Below, piece after piece: positions 1 to 9,456 of a stretch of 59,260 bases of DNA (position 1 is its first letter; each line of letters starts with the position of its first letter). The stretch covers positions 1-59,260 of IMG/VR virus record IMGVR_UViG_3300027741_000071; one strand, 5' to 3'. The notes beneath the pieces are model-generated. The model worked only from the letters and a program-made list of their open reading frames with translations, was not told the origin of the DNA and made no database searches. The DNA comes from a virus (lineage: Duplodnaviria; Caudoviricetes). The position numbers and the translations under genes are program-made.

Positions 1-26
1 AAAATAAAAGAAAAGACATTTAGACC

Positions 27-52
27 GTGTCTTCTATGTCTTCTGGTACAAA
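27..52 (+). repeat. 26-bp iterated element GTGTCTTCTATGTCTTCTGGTACAAA (candidate origin/packaging iteron)
   Basis: Exact reverse complement at 59089-59114, 1-mismatch copy at 59185-59209, partial copy at 59003-59025. Confidence 0.85.
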
Positions 53-64
53 TGGAAAATCGTA

Positions 65-95
65 AGGCGACCGTCAGAAAGTATGTGCATTAATA
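65..95 (+). promoter_or_regulatory. Putative late promoter AGGCG-N16-TGCATTAATA
   Basis: Same bipartite motif and spacing as sites at 2794, 6471, 10784, 25459, 31666 and 49339(-). Confidence 0.7.
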
Positions 96-100
96 TGGGC

Positions 101-406
101 GTGAGATATCAATACCAAATAAAAGAAGTTTTAAAAACCTCTAGGGGTTTGATTAGCGGGTTTCGCGTGTTGGTTGTGGTCGAAGACCTGGAGCACCACA
201 TGGTAGACGTGCCCGCAGAAATTTTTGAGTATGAAACCTTGGTGTACTTCAGGTGCCGGCTAAAGATGTACCAAAAGGTAGATATCCAAAAGTTACCTTT
301 GTCAGTTCAATATAAGATTAGAATGCCGTTAGCGCATTTCCTAGATTTATGGGTCTTAACAGAAAACAATGGCTATTACAGCAAACGAAAAAATACTGAC
401 GCTTGA
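101..406 (+). CDS. Hypothetical protein
   Basis: ORF 83..406; GTG at 101 preferred because it lies just downstream of the promoter motif. Confidence 0.55.
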   Translation: MRYQYQIKEVLKTSRGLISGFRVLVVVEDLEHHMVDVPAEIFEYETLVYFRCRLKMYQKVDIQKLPLSVQYKIRMPLAHFLDLWVLTENNGYYSKRKNTDA

Positions 407-1358
407 TTATTGGAAACGCGCTGACAAACTGGTTGAAGGCGATTTTATTTTTGATAGGAATGGAGACCTGCGTAAGGTTACGTTAATCCAGCACTTTCAA
501 TCCAAATGCTATGAGGTGCACCTCAGTGACTTGCTGACTGTCAGCGGTAACGCGTCCATGCATTTTTTGTTGGAAACGCCTAAGTACAGGAAACGGCTGG
601 CAGAGTACAAGGGCAAGCGCCAGTTTATGCGCCCGTTGATTTTGGAACCGTTGTCCGGGCTGTTGGATAAGTCGTTGAGGCACAAGAACAACGCGCGTAC
701 GTTCTCAATCCCTACGTGCGGAGCGCTCAAGCTGCCACACCAGGACCTGCCGGTGCCGCCGTTTGTGTTTGGGTACTGGTATTGGAACCGATTGAAGCCC
801 AATGTGTTCTCGGCGCACAAGCTAAACGCCGATGAGGTGTTAGAAAAGTTCCGCAGCCATGGGTATGAGATCATAAAACCAAAAAAACGCAAGGATGGAG
901 CCACGATCTTCAGTGTGTTCCCTACGATTGAGTCACAGCTGGCGCCGTTCATACCCAAAGAGATACCAAACAACTACCTGCTGGGTAGTGAAGAGCAAAG
1001 AATTGAGCTGTTAAGCGGTATTGTAAACGCAAAAATACGACAATACAAGAAAACAAAAGATATTTTTAGAGTTTCTGGCTCACACTGGCCGGAGATTAGG
1101 AAAATCCAGGGGTTAGTAGAGTCATTAGGTAGCAAGACTACACTAAACTTTTACGAAAACTGGAAGCATTACACATTAGGTTTCAGAAACTGTAACCAAC
1201 TGTGTAGTGTTCAGGTGCCGAAGAAAGTTAAGGTGCACCAAGCACGACGGTACATTACTAAAATTGAAGAGTTACCCACGCAACAATGTGTACACATTGA
1301 AACTGACGGGCCTGATGGTTCGTTTTTAGTGGGAGAAGGATTTATCACATGTCGTTAA
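369..1358 (+). CDS. Free-standing intein-like protein (Hint + LAGLIDADG-like), catalytic residues degenerate
   Basis: N-term AITANEKILT..W....L..GD.IFD.NG..RKV..CYEV.LSD resembles intein blocks A/B; DLPVPPFVFG and RIELLSGIVN resemble LAGLIDADG helices; C-term CVHIETDGPDGSFLVGEGFITCR resembles blocks F/G. Confidence 0.8.
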   Translation: MAITANEKILTLDYWKRADKLVEGDFIFDRNGDLRKVTLIQHFQSKCYEVHLSDLLTVSGNASMHFLLETPKYRKRLAEYKGKRQFMRPLILEPLSGLLDKSLRHKNNARTFSIPTCGALKLPHQDLPVPPFVFGYWYWNRLKPNVFSAHKLNADEVLEKFRSHGYEIIKPKKRKDGATIFSVFPTIESQLAPFIPKEIPNNYLLGSEEQRIELLSGIVNAKIRQYKKTKDIFRVSGSHWPEIRKIQGLVESLGSKTTLNFYENWKHYTLGFRNCNQLCSVQVPKKVKVHQARRYITKIEELPTQQCVHIETDGPDGSFLVGEGFITCR

Positions 1359-2794
1359 CGGCAAAACAAGAGCTTCTGTTAAAGAAGTTCGCAGAACAAA
1401 ACAAACAATGGCCAAAGGCGCAGCTCGATGCCACCCTTTGGCTGGTGAAGTACAAGCTATCCGCGCTCCCGCACCAAAAAGAACCGGAGGACGGCGAGTT
1501 TGATACGTTCTTAATGCTGGCCGGCCGCGGTGCGGGTAAGACATGGACGGCGTCTAACTGGATTGGCGAGCGGGCGTGGACTTTTGACAAGACGCGCTGG
1601 TTGGTTACAGCGCCAACAACAAACGACATTCGCGCGACGTGTTTCGAGGGTGACTCTGGGCTACTTAACATTTTGCCACGATCCATCATCAAAGATTACA
1701 ATAAGTCGTTGCTTGAGATTACACTGATCAATGGCTCACTGATCCAAGGGATCCCTGGTTCTGAGCCAGAACGCTATCGTGGTAAGCAATACCATGGGGC
1801 CTGGTTTGACGAGCTGTGTGCGTTTGAGTACATCGACGACGCGTATGACCAGGCGCAGTTTACGTTGCGTTTGATGGACCCACGCATTGGGCGGGTGCAG
1901 CAGATTATCACGACAACGCCGAAGCCGCTCGAGTTGATTGTAGACTTAAACGAGGGTAAGGTGGGCGGCGACGTGTACGTGGCCAACGCCAGCTCGTTTG
2001 ACAACCGCGCCAACTTGTCTGATACGTTTTTCAAACAGTTGGAAAGCTACGAGGGCACCAACCTGGGCCGTCAGGAAATTTACGGCGAGATATTGGATCC
2101 GGAAGAGGCCGGCATTATTAAACGCAAGCAGTTCCGCATGTGGCCAGCCAACAAGTCGACGCCAACCCTTGAGTATGTGATTGCGTCATACGATCCGGCT
2201 ACCAGCGAGAAGACGGTCAACGACCCAACAGCCTGCACGGTGTGGGGCGTGTTTGAGCAAGAGGATGGCCACACGTCGGTCATCATGTTAGACGCATGGG
2301 ACGCGCACTTGGCGTATCCAGAGTTACGCCGCAAAGTTATATCGGACTTCAAGGAAGTTGTGTACGGCGCAGATAACACGTTTGCAAAAGGCCGTAAGGC
2401 TGACTTGTTGCTCATGGAAGACAAGTCTGCAGGTATCAGCCTGATTCAAGAGTTACAAGGCGCCGGCGTTCCGGTGCGTGGATACAACCCAGGACGCGCC
2501 GATAAGGTGCAGCGGTTAAACATCGTGGCCCCGCTGGTTGCTAAGGGCCGGGTGTACATACCGGAGGATCCAGAACAAAAAGGTGAGTTTGCACCGTGGG
2601 CCAAACGATTCATACGGCAGGTGTGTTCGTTCCCTGAAGCCAAAGGGCACGATGACTACGTGGACTCACTGACACAAGCGTTGCGCGTGTTACGTGATTC
2701 AGGATGGTTACAACTCGATCCGTTGCCTGCAAGAGATTACTCATACATTGACGACCAGTTGGCGCGCAAGTTCTCCAATCCATACGCACAGTAG
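1349..2794 (+). CDS. terL: Terminase large subunit
   Basis: Walker A GRGAGKT, Walker B AWFDE, TTTP motif, nuclease motifs SYDPA and HDDYVDS. Confidence 0.95.
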   Translation: MSLTAKQELLLKKFAEQNKQWPKAQLDATLWLVKYKLSALPHQKEPEDGEFDTFLMLAGRGAGKTWTASNWIGERAWTFDKTRWLVTAPTTNDIRATCFEGDSGLLNILPRSIIKDYNKSLLEITLINGSLIQGIPGSEPERYRGKQYHGAWFDELCAFEYIDDAYDQAQFTLRLMDPRIGRVQQIITTTPKPLELIVDLNEGKVGGDVYVANASSFDNRANLSDTFFKQLESYEGTNLGRQEIYGEILDPEEAGIIKRKQFRMWPANKSTPTLEYVIASYDPATSEKTVNDPTACTVWGVFEQEDGHTSVIMLDAWDAHLAYPELRRKVISDFKEVVYGADNTFAKGRKADLLLMEDKSAGISLIQELQGAGVPVRGYNPGRADKVQRLNIVAPLVAKGRVYIPEDPEQKGEFAPWAKRFIRQVCSFPEAKGHDDYVDSLTQALRVLRDSGWLQLDPLPARDYSYIDDQLARKFSNPYAQ

Positions 2795-2824
2795 GGCGAA
2801 ACACCCTACCGATGTGCATTAATA
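2794..2824 (+). promoter_or_regulatory. Putative late promoter GGGCG-N16-TGCATTAATA, overlapping hairpin GTAGGG..CCCTAC (2791-2809)
   Basis: Conserved bipartite motif; ATG 10 nt downstream. Confidence 0.75.
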
Positions 2825-2834
2825 GAATTAGAAT

Positions 2835-3383
2835 ATGAACCTAATCAAATCACCCCACGAGTTGTTGATGGAACAAGCCGGCCTCCCGGGTTATGCGGGC
2901 GGTCATTCGGTGTCACCAGAACAGATGAAGGTGGAGCTAATGATCAACGGCCACAAGGTACATCAAAGCGAACTGCCACACGATCATCCGTTGATACAGC
3001 ACTTTGCGGGGGGTAAGGAGGTAAAACCTCCGATTGATTTAACGCGTCGTTATGATCCGATCAATATTAATTTACAAGAAATGCGGGCAAAACAATTGCC
3101 CCCTAGTTCGTTTGAAAAGTTTTCTTCACGTTTAGGTTCTTTGTTGGGTCATGGGTTAACGTTTGGCATACCTGCGTATGACGTGGCAGAACAGTTAAAA
3201 AATAATAACATTGGCGGCGCGCGTGAAAGTACGCTCGATGCTGCGATTGGTTTGGCTCCGTTGCCAGTGCAAGCTGGATGGGCTGCGTTAAAGCCAACAG
3301 AATTAAATACCGGCGAAGACGAAATGATGAAGCAAATCCATCAAATGCAAGATCAAATGCTCGCAAACAGAAAAGTTAAATAA
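2835..3383 (+). CDS. Hypothetical late protein with YAGG/FAGG motifs
   Basis: 182-aa ORF between terL and portal; GYAGGHSV and HFAGGKEV motifs. Confidence 0.75.
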   Translation: MNLIKSPHELLMEQAGLPGYAGGHSVSPEQMKVELMINGHKVHQSELPHDHPLIQHFAGGKEVKPPIDLTRRYDPININLQEMRAKQLPPSSFEKFSSRLGSLLGHGLTFGIPAYDVAEQLKNNNIGGARESTLDAAIGLAPLPVQAGWAALKPTELNTGEDEMMKQIHQMQDQMLANRKVK

Positions 3384-6232
3384 TGGCAAATCCAAAATTA
3401 CCGATTCAAATGGGTGGCAGCTTGCCGTCTTTAGATTCTAAAACAGATCAAGAGATTGCAGAGGGTCAGCTTCAGGAGCAAGAAGTTGCTGAGCTTGAAG
3501 ACTATTTGGGTTTAGATGAAGATGAGGCAGAGGGTGAGATTATTGAACTGGAAGACGGTTCAGTAGTTGTTAACCTTGAGCAAACTAAGGGCCCAAAAGA
3601 AAGCCCTGAGTTTTATGCTAACCTTGCGGAAGTGTTTGATGAAAGCTATTTGGATCAATTGGCCCAAGATTATTTGGACTTTATTGATGAAGATAAAGAA
3701 GCTAGAAAACAGCGCGATAAGCAATATGAGGAGGGCTTACGCCGCACTGGTTTGGGTAAGGACGCTCCTGGTGGTGCTACTTTCGACGGTGCTTCTAAAG
3801 TTGTTCACCCTGTTATGGCAGAGGCTTGTGTAGACTTTGCTGCAAGCTCGGCCAAAGAATTATTGCCACCTGAAGGCATTGCTAAGACAAACATCAAGGG
3901 TGCTATTGATCGTTTGAAGTTGGAAGTTGCTGAACGTAAGGTTACGTTCTTAAACTGGCAGCTGTCGGAACAGATTCCTGAGTACCGCGACGAGATGGAG
4001 CAACTGCTAACTCAACTGCCATTAGGTGGTTCGCAGTTCTTGAAATGGCGCTGGGATTCAGAGCAACGCAGGCCAATGTGTGAGTGGATCCCGATCGACA
4101 ACATATTGTTGCCGTACGCATCCACAAACTTCTACACATCACAGCGCGCGACTGAAGTACAAGACATTACAGAGGATGTATTCCTCCAACGTATTGACGC
4201 GGGTATCTACCGCGAGATCGATGCGTCTTACACGTCAGACACGCCGCTTGATGACCAAACGCAATCTGAAAAAGCCAACAACAAAATTGAAGGCAAAGAA
4301 AGCTCTGGTAAAAACATTGATGGTTTGCGTCGTGTTTATGAGATTACGTGCTTCTTGCGTTTGGATGATGACGATACAACTGAAGGTCGTCGTGCACCTT
4401 ACATTTTAACAATTGATGAGTCGTCAAGCAAAGTATTGAGCTTGTACCGTAACTGGGCTGATGGCGACGACAAATTTGAAAAGCTAGATTGGTATGTTGA
4501 GTTTAAGTTCATCCCATGGCGCGGCGCATATGCTATTGGCTTACCTCACCTTATTGGCGGTCTTAGCGCTGCACTTACTGGTGCTCTTCGCGCGCTGCTT
4601 GACGCAGCTCACATTAGTAATAGTCAAACGATGCTCAAGCTCAAAGGCGGGCGCATCGGGGGCCAGTCGGACCGTATTGAGCCGACTCAGGTGGTTGAGA
4701 TTGAGGGTGCACCAGGTGTAGACGACGTCCGCAAGCTGGCTATGCCGCTGCCGTTTAACCAGCCTTCCAGCGTATTGTTTAATTTGCTGGGCTGGTTGAC
4801 TGACGCGGCTAAGGGTGTAGTTACCACAGCCGAAGAAAAAATTGGCGAAGCAAACAACAACATGCCTGTGGGAACAACCCAGGCGTTGATTGAGCAGGGT
4901 GCTAAGGTATTCTCAAGCATCCACGCGCGCTTGCATCGCAGCCAGGCTAAGTCATTAAAGATTATCTCCCGTATCAATAACTGGTACTTGAGCGAGATGG
5001 ACAATCAGTCTGGTGAAGAGATTGAGGTTCGTGACTTTGCATACAACAGCGATGTGCGTCCGGTATCGGACCCCAACATATTTTCTGAGACACAACGTCT
5101 TGCACAAAACCAAGCCTTGTTGCAAATGGCAACCGCGGCGCCTCCCGGAATGTTTGACTTGCGTGCTGTGTACAGCCGTATTGTTCAACAGCTAAAGATC
5201 CCCGAGGCCGATGAGATTTTGCCAAACCCACAAGGTGCAAAAGAATCCAACCCAGCGTTAGAGAACGTTTCAATGACGATGGGTCGACACGCAGCTGCTT
5301 ATCCAGACCAAGACCATATTGCACACCTAGATGTTCATTTAGAGTACGCAGAGAATCCAGTGTATGGTGGCAGCCCGGTCATTGGCCCAACGTTTACGCC
5401 GATGGCGTTAGAGCACATCAAGCAACACTTGATGCTGTACTACCTCCAGTCTATGCGTAACATTGTGGCGAAAGCGTCTGGTGGAAAAGACGTGCTTGAT
5501 TTACACGAAGAGAAGACATTAGATTGGGAATCACAGCAGGCTTTGGCTTTAGGCTCAAAGATTGTTGACCACGAATCCCAGAAGATCTTACAACCATACA
5601 TGCAGCGAATTATGGTGTTGGTGCAGAAGGTGCAGCAAATGCAACAAGCACAACAGCAATCAGCTATGAACGCCGACCCGACTGCGCAGGTGTTGATGAA
5701 GACGCAAATGGCAGAAACTCAACGTAAGGCACAAGAGTTCCAAACCAAGATGCAAACTGAGTTGCAACAAGCCCAACAGGATTACCAACTCAAAGTGGCT
5801 GAACTGCAGCAAAAGGTGGCAGAACTACAGACTAAGTATCAAACGCAGACAAATATTGACAACCAGCGCAATGCGACCGATATTGCAATGGCAAATATTA
5901 ATAACTCCGCGCGCGAACGAGTGGCTTATATTCAAGCCGGTGCTCAGATGGACCAGCAACAAGCTCAGTTAGAACACGAGCAAAACATGTCAGCGATCGA
6001 GGCAATTGATGCCGCGAGTGCAGACATTAGACAGCATGGTTTAGCTATTGAACAGCAAAACTTCCAGCAACAAGCTGATATGGTAAACCAACAAGCCCAG
6101 CAACAAGCTCAGGCAGACATGGCAAACCAACAACACATGCAACAGCTGCAACAAAACGACCAGCAACACGCTCAAACGCTGGAACAAAACTATCAACAAC
6201 CTGAACCACAACCTCCCGAAGGACAACAATAA
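3383..6232 (+). CDS. Portal protein (P22-like) with Gln-rich coiled-coil C-terminus
   Basis: 949 aa after terL; FYANLAE, GASKVVHPVMAEACVDF and PVGTTQALIEQG motifs typical of this portal family. Confidence 0.88.
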   Translation: MANPKLPIQMGGSLPSLDSKTDQEIAEGQLQEQEVAELEDYLGLDEDEAEGEIIELEDGSVVVNLEQTKGPKESPEFYANLAEVFDESYLDQLAQDYLDFIDEDKEARKQRDKQYEEGLRRTGLGKDAPGGATFDGASKVVHPVMAEACVDFAASSAKELLPPEGIAKTNIKGAIDRLKLEVAERKVTFLNWQLSEQIPEYRDEMEQLLTQLPLGGSQFLKWRWDSEQRRPMCEWIPIDNILLPYASTNFYTSQRATEVQDITEDVFLQRIDAGIYREIDASYTSDTPLDDQTQSEKANNKIEGKESSGKNIDGLRRVYEITCFLRLDDDDTTEGRRAPYILTIDESSSKVLSLYRNWADGDDKFEKLDWYVEFKFIPWRGAYAIGLPHLIGGLSAALTGALRALLDAAHISNSQTMLKLKGGRIGGQSDRIEPTQVVEIEGAPGVDDVRKLAMPLPFNQPSSVLFNLLGWLTDAAKGVVTTAEEKIGEANNNMPVGTTQALIEQGAKVFSSIHARLHRSQAKSLKIISRINNWYLSEMDNQSGEEIEVRDFAYNSDVRPVSDPNIFSETQRLAQNQALLQMATAAPPGMFDLRAVYSRIVQQLKIPEADEILPNPQGAKESNPALENVSMTMGRHAAAYPDQDHIAHLDVHLEYAENPVYGGSPVIGPTFTPMALEHIKQHLMLYYLQSMRNIVAKASGGKDVLDLHEEKTLDWESQQALALGSKIVDHESQKILQPYMQRIMVLVQKVQQMQQAQQQSAMNADPTAQVLMKTQMAETQRKAQEFQTKMQTELQQAQQDYQLKVAELQQKVAELQTKYQTQTNIDNQRNATDIAMANINNSARERVAYIQAGAQMDQQQAQLEHEQNMSAIEAIDAASADIRQHGLAIEQQNFQQQADMVNQQAQQQAQADMANQQHMQQLQQNDQQHAQTLEQNYQQPEPQPPEGQQ

Positions 6233-6462
6233 TGGCTACTAGACAAAAAGGCAACGAATTAGGTTTCCGCCAAACATACAAACAAACCGGTCATGAAGGT
6301 TTTGCTGGCGGCCCCGGCGAGACTGGTCTTGACAAAGGCCCCACAGGTTCACACCGTGACAACAACTGGAAAATTGGCGCTTCTCAAGCTAAATTGACAA
6401 AGCCATCCAAAGTTGGTCCAGATAAAAACCTCAAAGATATCGGCGGCGGCAACTTTTATTGA
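6232..6462 (+). CDS. Small Gly/Lys-rich hypothetical protein
   Basis: Start overlaps portal stop (TAATG). Confidence 0.7.
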   Translation: MATRQKGNELGFRQTYKQTGHEGFAGGPGETGLDKGPTGSHRDNNWKIGASQAKLTKPSKVGPDKNLKDIGGGNFY

Positions 6463-6470
6463 TACATTAA

Positions 6471-6501
6471 GGGCGGTTTTATGTCGCCTTTTGTATTAAT
6501 A
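6471..6501 (+). promoter_or_regulatory. Putative late promoter GGGCG-N16-TGTATTAATA
   Basis: One mismatch to core; ATG 5 nt downstream (leaderless-type). Confidence 0.7.
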
Positions 6502-6506
6502 AAAGT

Positions 6507-6698
6507 ATGAAAGATATTGTATCTGAATTAATTAAGCGCTTGAAAAGTGCTGATCAAGATTTAACGTTAGCTATTTCGTCCGGCGTTAATGTCCACGATT
6601 ATGCCTCTTACCAGAGGTTAGTAGGGCAAAAAGCTGGTGTCCAAGAATCATTGGACATTATAAATCAAATCCTTAGCGAGGACGAAGAGGATATTTAA
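6507..6698 (+). CDS. Hypothetical head-module protein
   Basis: 63 aa; DYASYQRLVG motif typical of the small gene preceding phage groES. Confidence 0.7.
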   Translation: MKDIVSELIKRLKSADQDLTLAISSGVNVHDYASYQRLVGQKAGVQESLDIINQILSEDEEDI

Positions 6699-6728
6699 AG
6701 TGCCGTAAGGCATGAGGAGCACTGTAAA

Positions 6729-7166
6729 GTGATTGACTTAAAGCAAAACGACGAGCCAGATTTGCGCTCGGAACTCGAATGTTTTCCGAATGTAGACCCC
6801 GGTATTGAAGTTTTAGGTGACCGCGTATTAGTTCAACTACGACGCGAGAAAATAATGAGCAAGGGTGGCATCATTTTAGTTGATGAGACCAAACAAACGC
6901 TCCGATTTAATGAGACTGTTGCAAAGGTTATCCAAATTGGACCTTTGGCGTACAAAAGCCCCGATGATTTGACTCCATGGGTTGAAGGACCTTGGTGCCA
7001 AGTTGGTGATTTAGTACGAACCATTAAATACGGCGGTGATCGGTTTGTGATTCAACCAGATGATGAAGGCGCACCAGTGGTATTTATCACTGTTCAAGCG
7101 CGGGAAGTCATTTCCAAGATTCGTTCTTTTGCGGAAGCGCAAAAAATGAAGGCCTTTGTAGATTAA
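6729..7166 (+). CDS. groES: Co-chaperonin GroES-like protein
   Basis: LGDRVLVQ...SKGGIIL...VIQIGP...VGDLV...KYGG signature; GAGGAG RBS. Confidence 0.88.
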   Translation: MIDLKQNDEPDLRSELECFPNVDPGIEVLGDRVLVQLRREKIMSKGGIILVDETKQTLRFNETVAKVIQIGPLAYKSPDDLTPWVEGPWCQVGDLVRTIKYGGDRFVIQPDDEGAPVVFITVQAREVISKIRSFAEAQKMKAFVD

Positions 7167-7181
7167 CTTTTGGGAAAAAGT

Positions 7182-8168
7182 ATGGCAGATAATGAAAAAG
7201 ACAATGTTCCTATCAAAGAACGCGAAGACGGTTCGGTTCTAGCGAGCGTAGGCACGCATCCAGACGATATTCTGGAAGATGATGAAAAGGCTGAAGGCGG
7301 TTCTGTAGACGAAGATCATGCAGACGGTGAAAATGATGACACCGAGGCCAGCGCTGATGACGGCGATGGTGATGAAACGGAAGAAGAGCGTGAGAGAATC
7401 CGTGAAGCCCGACGCGAAGAGCGTCGCCTTAAAAAAGCACTGCAAAAAGAACGCGAAGCCTCTTCTAAACATAAGATTTCTGCGCTTGAGCGCCGGAATG
7501 AAGAATTAGCTAAGCGATTGGCAGCTGTGGAAAATACCGCAGCGTCATATCAGTTTGCACAGATTGACAAGGCATTGGAAGACGAGGGAACTCGTGTTGA
7601 ATATGCCAAGATGAAAATGATGGAAGCTGCCCGCAACGGCGACGCAGCGGCCCAGGTTGAGTACCTGGAGCATTTAACTGACTCGAAGCAAAAACTTCAG
7701 CAGTTACAACATTATAAGAAGCAACAATTGGAGGCTGCAAAGTCTCCAAAGCAAAACGTGCCCAACGTGGCCGCTGCCGAAGTTCAACGTAATGCCTCAA
7801 CATGGCTTAAAAAGAATTCTTGGTACGACCCACAAGCACGGGATACAGACAGTAGAATTGCCAAAGTAATCGATTCCGAACTTGCTGCCGACGGGTGGGA
7901 CCCAGCAGATTCCGAGTATTGGGATGAGTTAGACAGTCGTCTATCAACACGCCTACCACACCGCTACGCGGCCAAGGGTGGTGCAAAAAGAGCAAATCCT
8001 ACAGCATCTAGTCGCACTGCCGCGGCCCAGGGTACAAAACCTGGTCAGATCACGCTAAGTCGTGAACGTGTTTCGGCAATCAAAGATGCAGGGGCTTGGG
8101 ACAATGTTGAGAAACGTAACAAAATGATCCGCGCCTATGCTGCGTACGATCGTGCTAACAAAGGATAA
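7182..8168 (+). CDS. Capsid scaffolding protein (putative)
   Basis: Acidic N-term, long coiled coil, N.W and EYWDELD motifs; located upstream of capsid genes. Confidence 0.7.
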   Translation: MADNEKDNVPIKEREDGSVLASVGTHPDDILEDDEKAEGGSVDEDHADGENDDTEASADDGDGDETEEERERIREARREERRLKKALQKEREASSKHKISALERRNEELAKRLAAVENTAASYQFAQIDKALEDEGTRVEYAKMKMMEAARNGDAAAQVEYLEHLTDSKQKLQQLQHYKKQQLEAAKSPKQNVPNVAAAEVQRNASTWLKKNSWYDPQARDTDSRIAKVIDSELAADGWDPADSEYWDELDSRLSTRLPHRYAAKGGAKRANPTASSRTAAAQGTKPGQITLSRERVSAIKDAGAWDNVEKRNKMIRAYAAYDRANKG

Positions 8169-8173
8169 ATGAA

Positions 8174-8725
8174 ATGGCAAATACAAGAATTAAACGTGAC
8201 GTAGAAGATCGCTTAGCCGATCGTTTACAAGAGGTCAAGGAACGCGCCGCAACAGACGGGGCTTCCAATGCACAACGGGAACGCCTTGAAGCATTCCGTG
8301 ACAAATGGCAGAATAGTGCGCTGCCAGATATTCCTCGGGATGCAATCCCGGGAATGCATCTGTGCTGGTTGTCGACGACCAACACATATGACAGTATCGA
8401 CAAACGTGTAGCGTTGGGTTATGAACCAGTTAAAGCCAGTGAATTAGGTCAGGGCTTTGAAGGACTCGGTAAGATGAACTCGGGCAAGTTTGAAGGCTGT
8501 ATTTCTTGCAATGAAATGATTCTTTTTAAATTGCCAGAAGAAGTTTATCAAGAAGTGATGAAGATGATGCACTTAGAGGATCCTCTCGAGCATCAACGCA
8601 ATATTACATCTGCGGTTCGTGATACGGCCAAAGAAGGTAAAGGCGGTCGTTCAATTCTTGAAGGCGGTATTTTGGAAATGGAAAAAGAAGCGCGCAAGGC
8701 AAGCAAAAATATTCGGTTCTCATAA
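8174..8725 (+). CDS. Conserved head-module protein
   Basis: IPGMHLCWLSTTN and GYEPV motifs; between scaffold and capsid. Confidence 0.7.
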   Translation: MANTRIKRDVEDRLADRLQEVKERAATDGASNAQRERLEAFRDKWQNSALPDIPRDAIPGMHLCWLSTTNTYDSIDKRVALGYEPVKASELGQGFEGLGKMNSGKFEGCISCNEMILFKLPEEVYQEVMKMMHLEDPLEHQRNITSAVRDTAKEGKGGRSILEGGILEMEKEARKASKNIRFS

Positions 8726-8749
8726 TAACTTCAAAACAAAGGAAAATTA

Positions 8750-9433
8750 ATGTCCACAACATTGCAACCCTTTGGCCTGAAACCAGTATACCACCCAAGC
8801 GGTTTGGATCGTGCAATGCAATTTGCCGGCACAAACAGTTTTATTCAAGGTGTGTCTGGTTATACTGCTCCTTACTCTTTGAGCTCAGGTCAATCTTTCT
8901 GGCAATTCCAACCTGTAACAGTTAACTCTTCAGGTCAATTGACAATCGCAGCTTCTGCTGCAACTGGTGGTAGCGGTACTGCAACTAGCAAAGTTTATGG
9001 CGTTTTCGACGGTGTGGAATACACATCTGCCGAAGGTCGTCGTTCTGTTGCTAAATACGCTGCCAAAACTACTTTAGATGCTGCTACTAACATCATTTTC
9101 TGGATCTTCACCGACCCAGCGTTGATTTACGAAGCGCAAATCCAAGGTTCTGCTACTGCTGCCTCTATTGGTCAAGAATACAACTTTAGTACGACTACCA
9201 ACTATACCCCCGCTGATGGCTATGCTATCGGTAATGGTGGCGCTGGTTTCTCGACTACTGCTTTGTATGCTACACCCGTGGGCTCTGGTAACCAAGGTCA
9301 AGTTCGCGTAGTCGGCTTGGGTCGTGAAGTGGCTTTCCCTGCTGGTCAATTGAACCAGTGGGGCGACGCTTACACAATCGTCCAAGTGCAGATCTGCAAT
9401 AACTCCTTTGCCGCTCCATCGGTATCGGTTTAA
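8750..9433 (+). CDS. Capsid decoration/minor head protein (putative)
   Basis: PFGLKPV N-term, GVFDGVEYT, DPALIYEAQ; beta-rich; AAGGA RBS; precedes capsid gene. Confidence 0.7.
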   Translation: MSTTLQPFGLKPVYHPSGLDRAMQFAGTNSFIQGVSGYTAPYSLSSGQSFWQFQPVTVNSSGQLTIAASAATGGSGTATSKVYGVFDGVEYTSAEGRRSVAKYAAKTTLDAATNIIFWIFTDPALIYEAQIQGSATAASIGQEYNFSTTTNYTPADGYAIGNGGAGFSTTALYATPVGSGNQGQVRVVGLGREVAFPAGQLNQWGDAYTIVQVQICNNSFAAPSVSV

Positions 9434-9456
9434 TTAACAACGAAAGGAAATAAGCA

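Noticed and set aside
1-60. Direct terminal repeat proving genome completeness
   Set aside because: The window start shares only the iteron and A-tract with 59145-59209; flanking bases differ, so exact circularity cannot be shown.
369-2794. Active intein inserted in terL
   Set aside because: The intein-like ORF is in a different frame and upstream; terL is continuous through its Walker A motif.
2794-2824. Sigma54 promoter, suggested by the TTGCA/TGCA element
   Set aside because: Sigma54 needs GG-N10-GC spacing; here the GG element is about 20 nt upstream of the GC.
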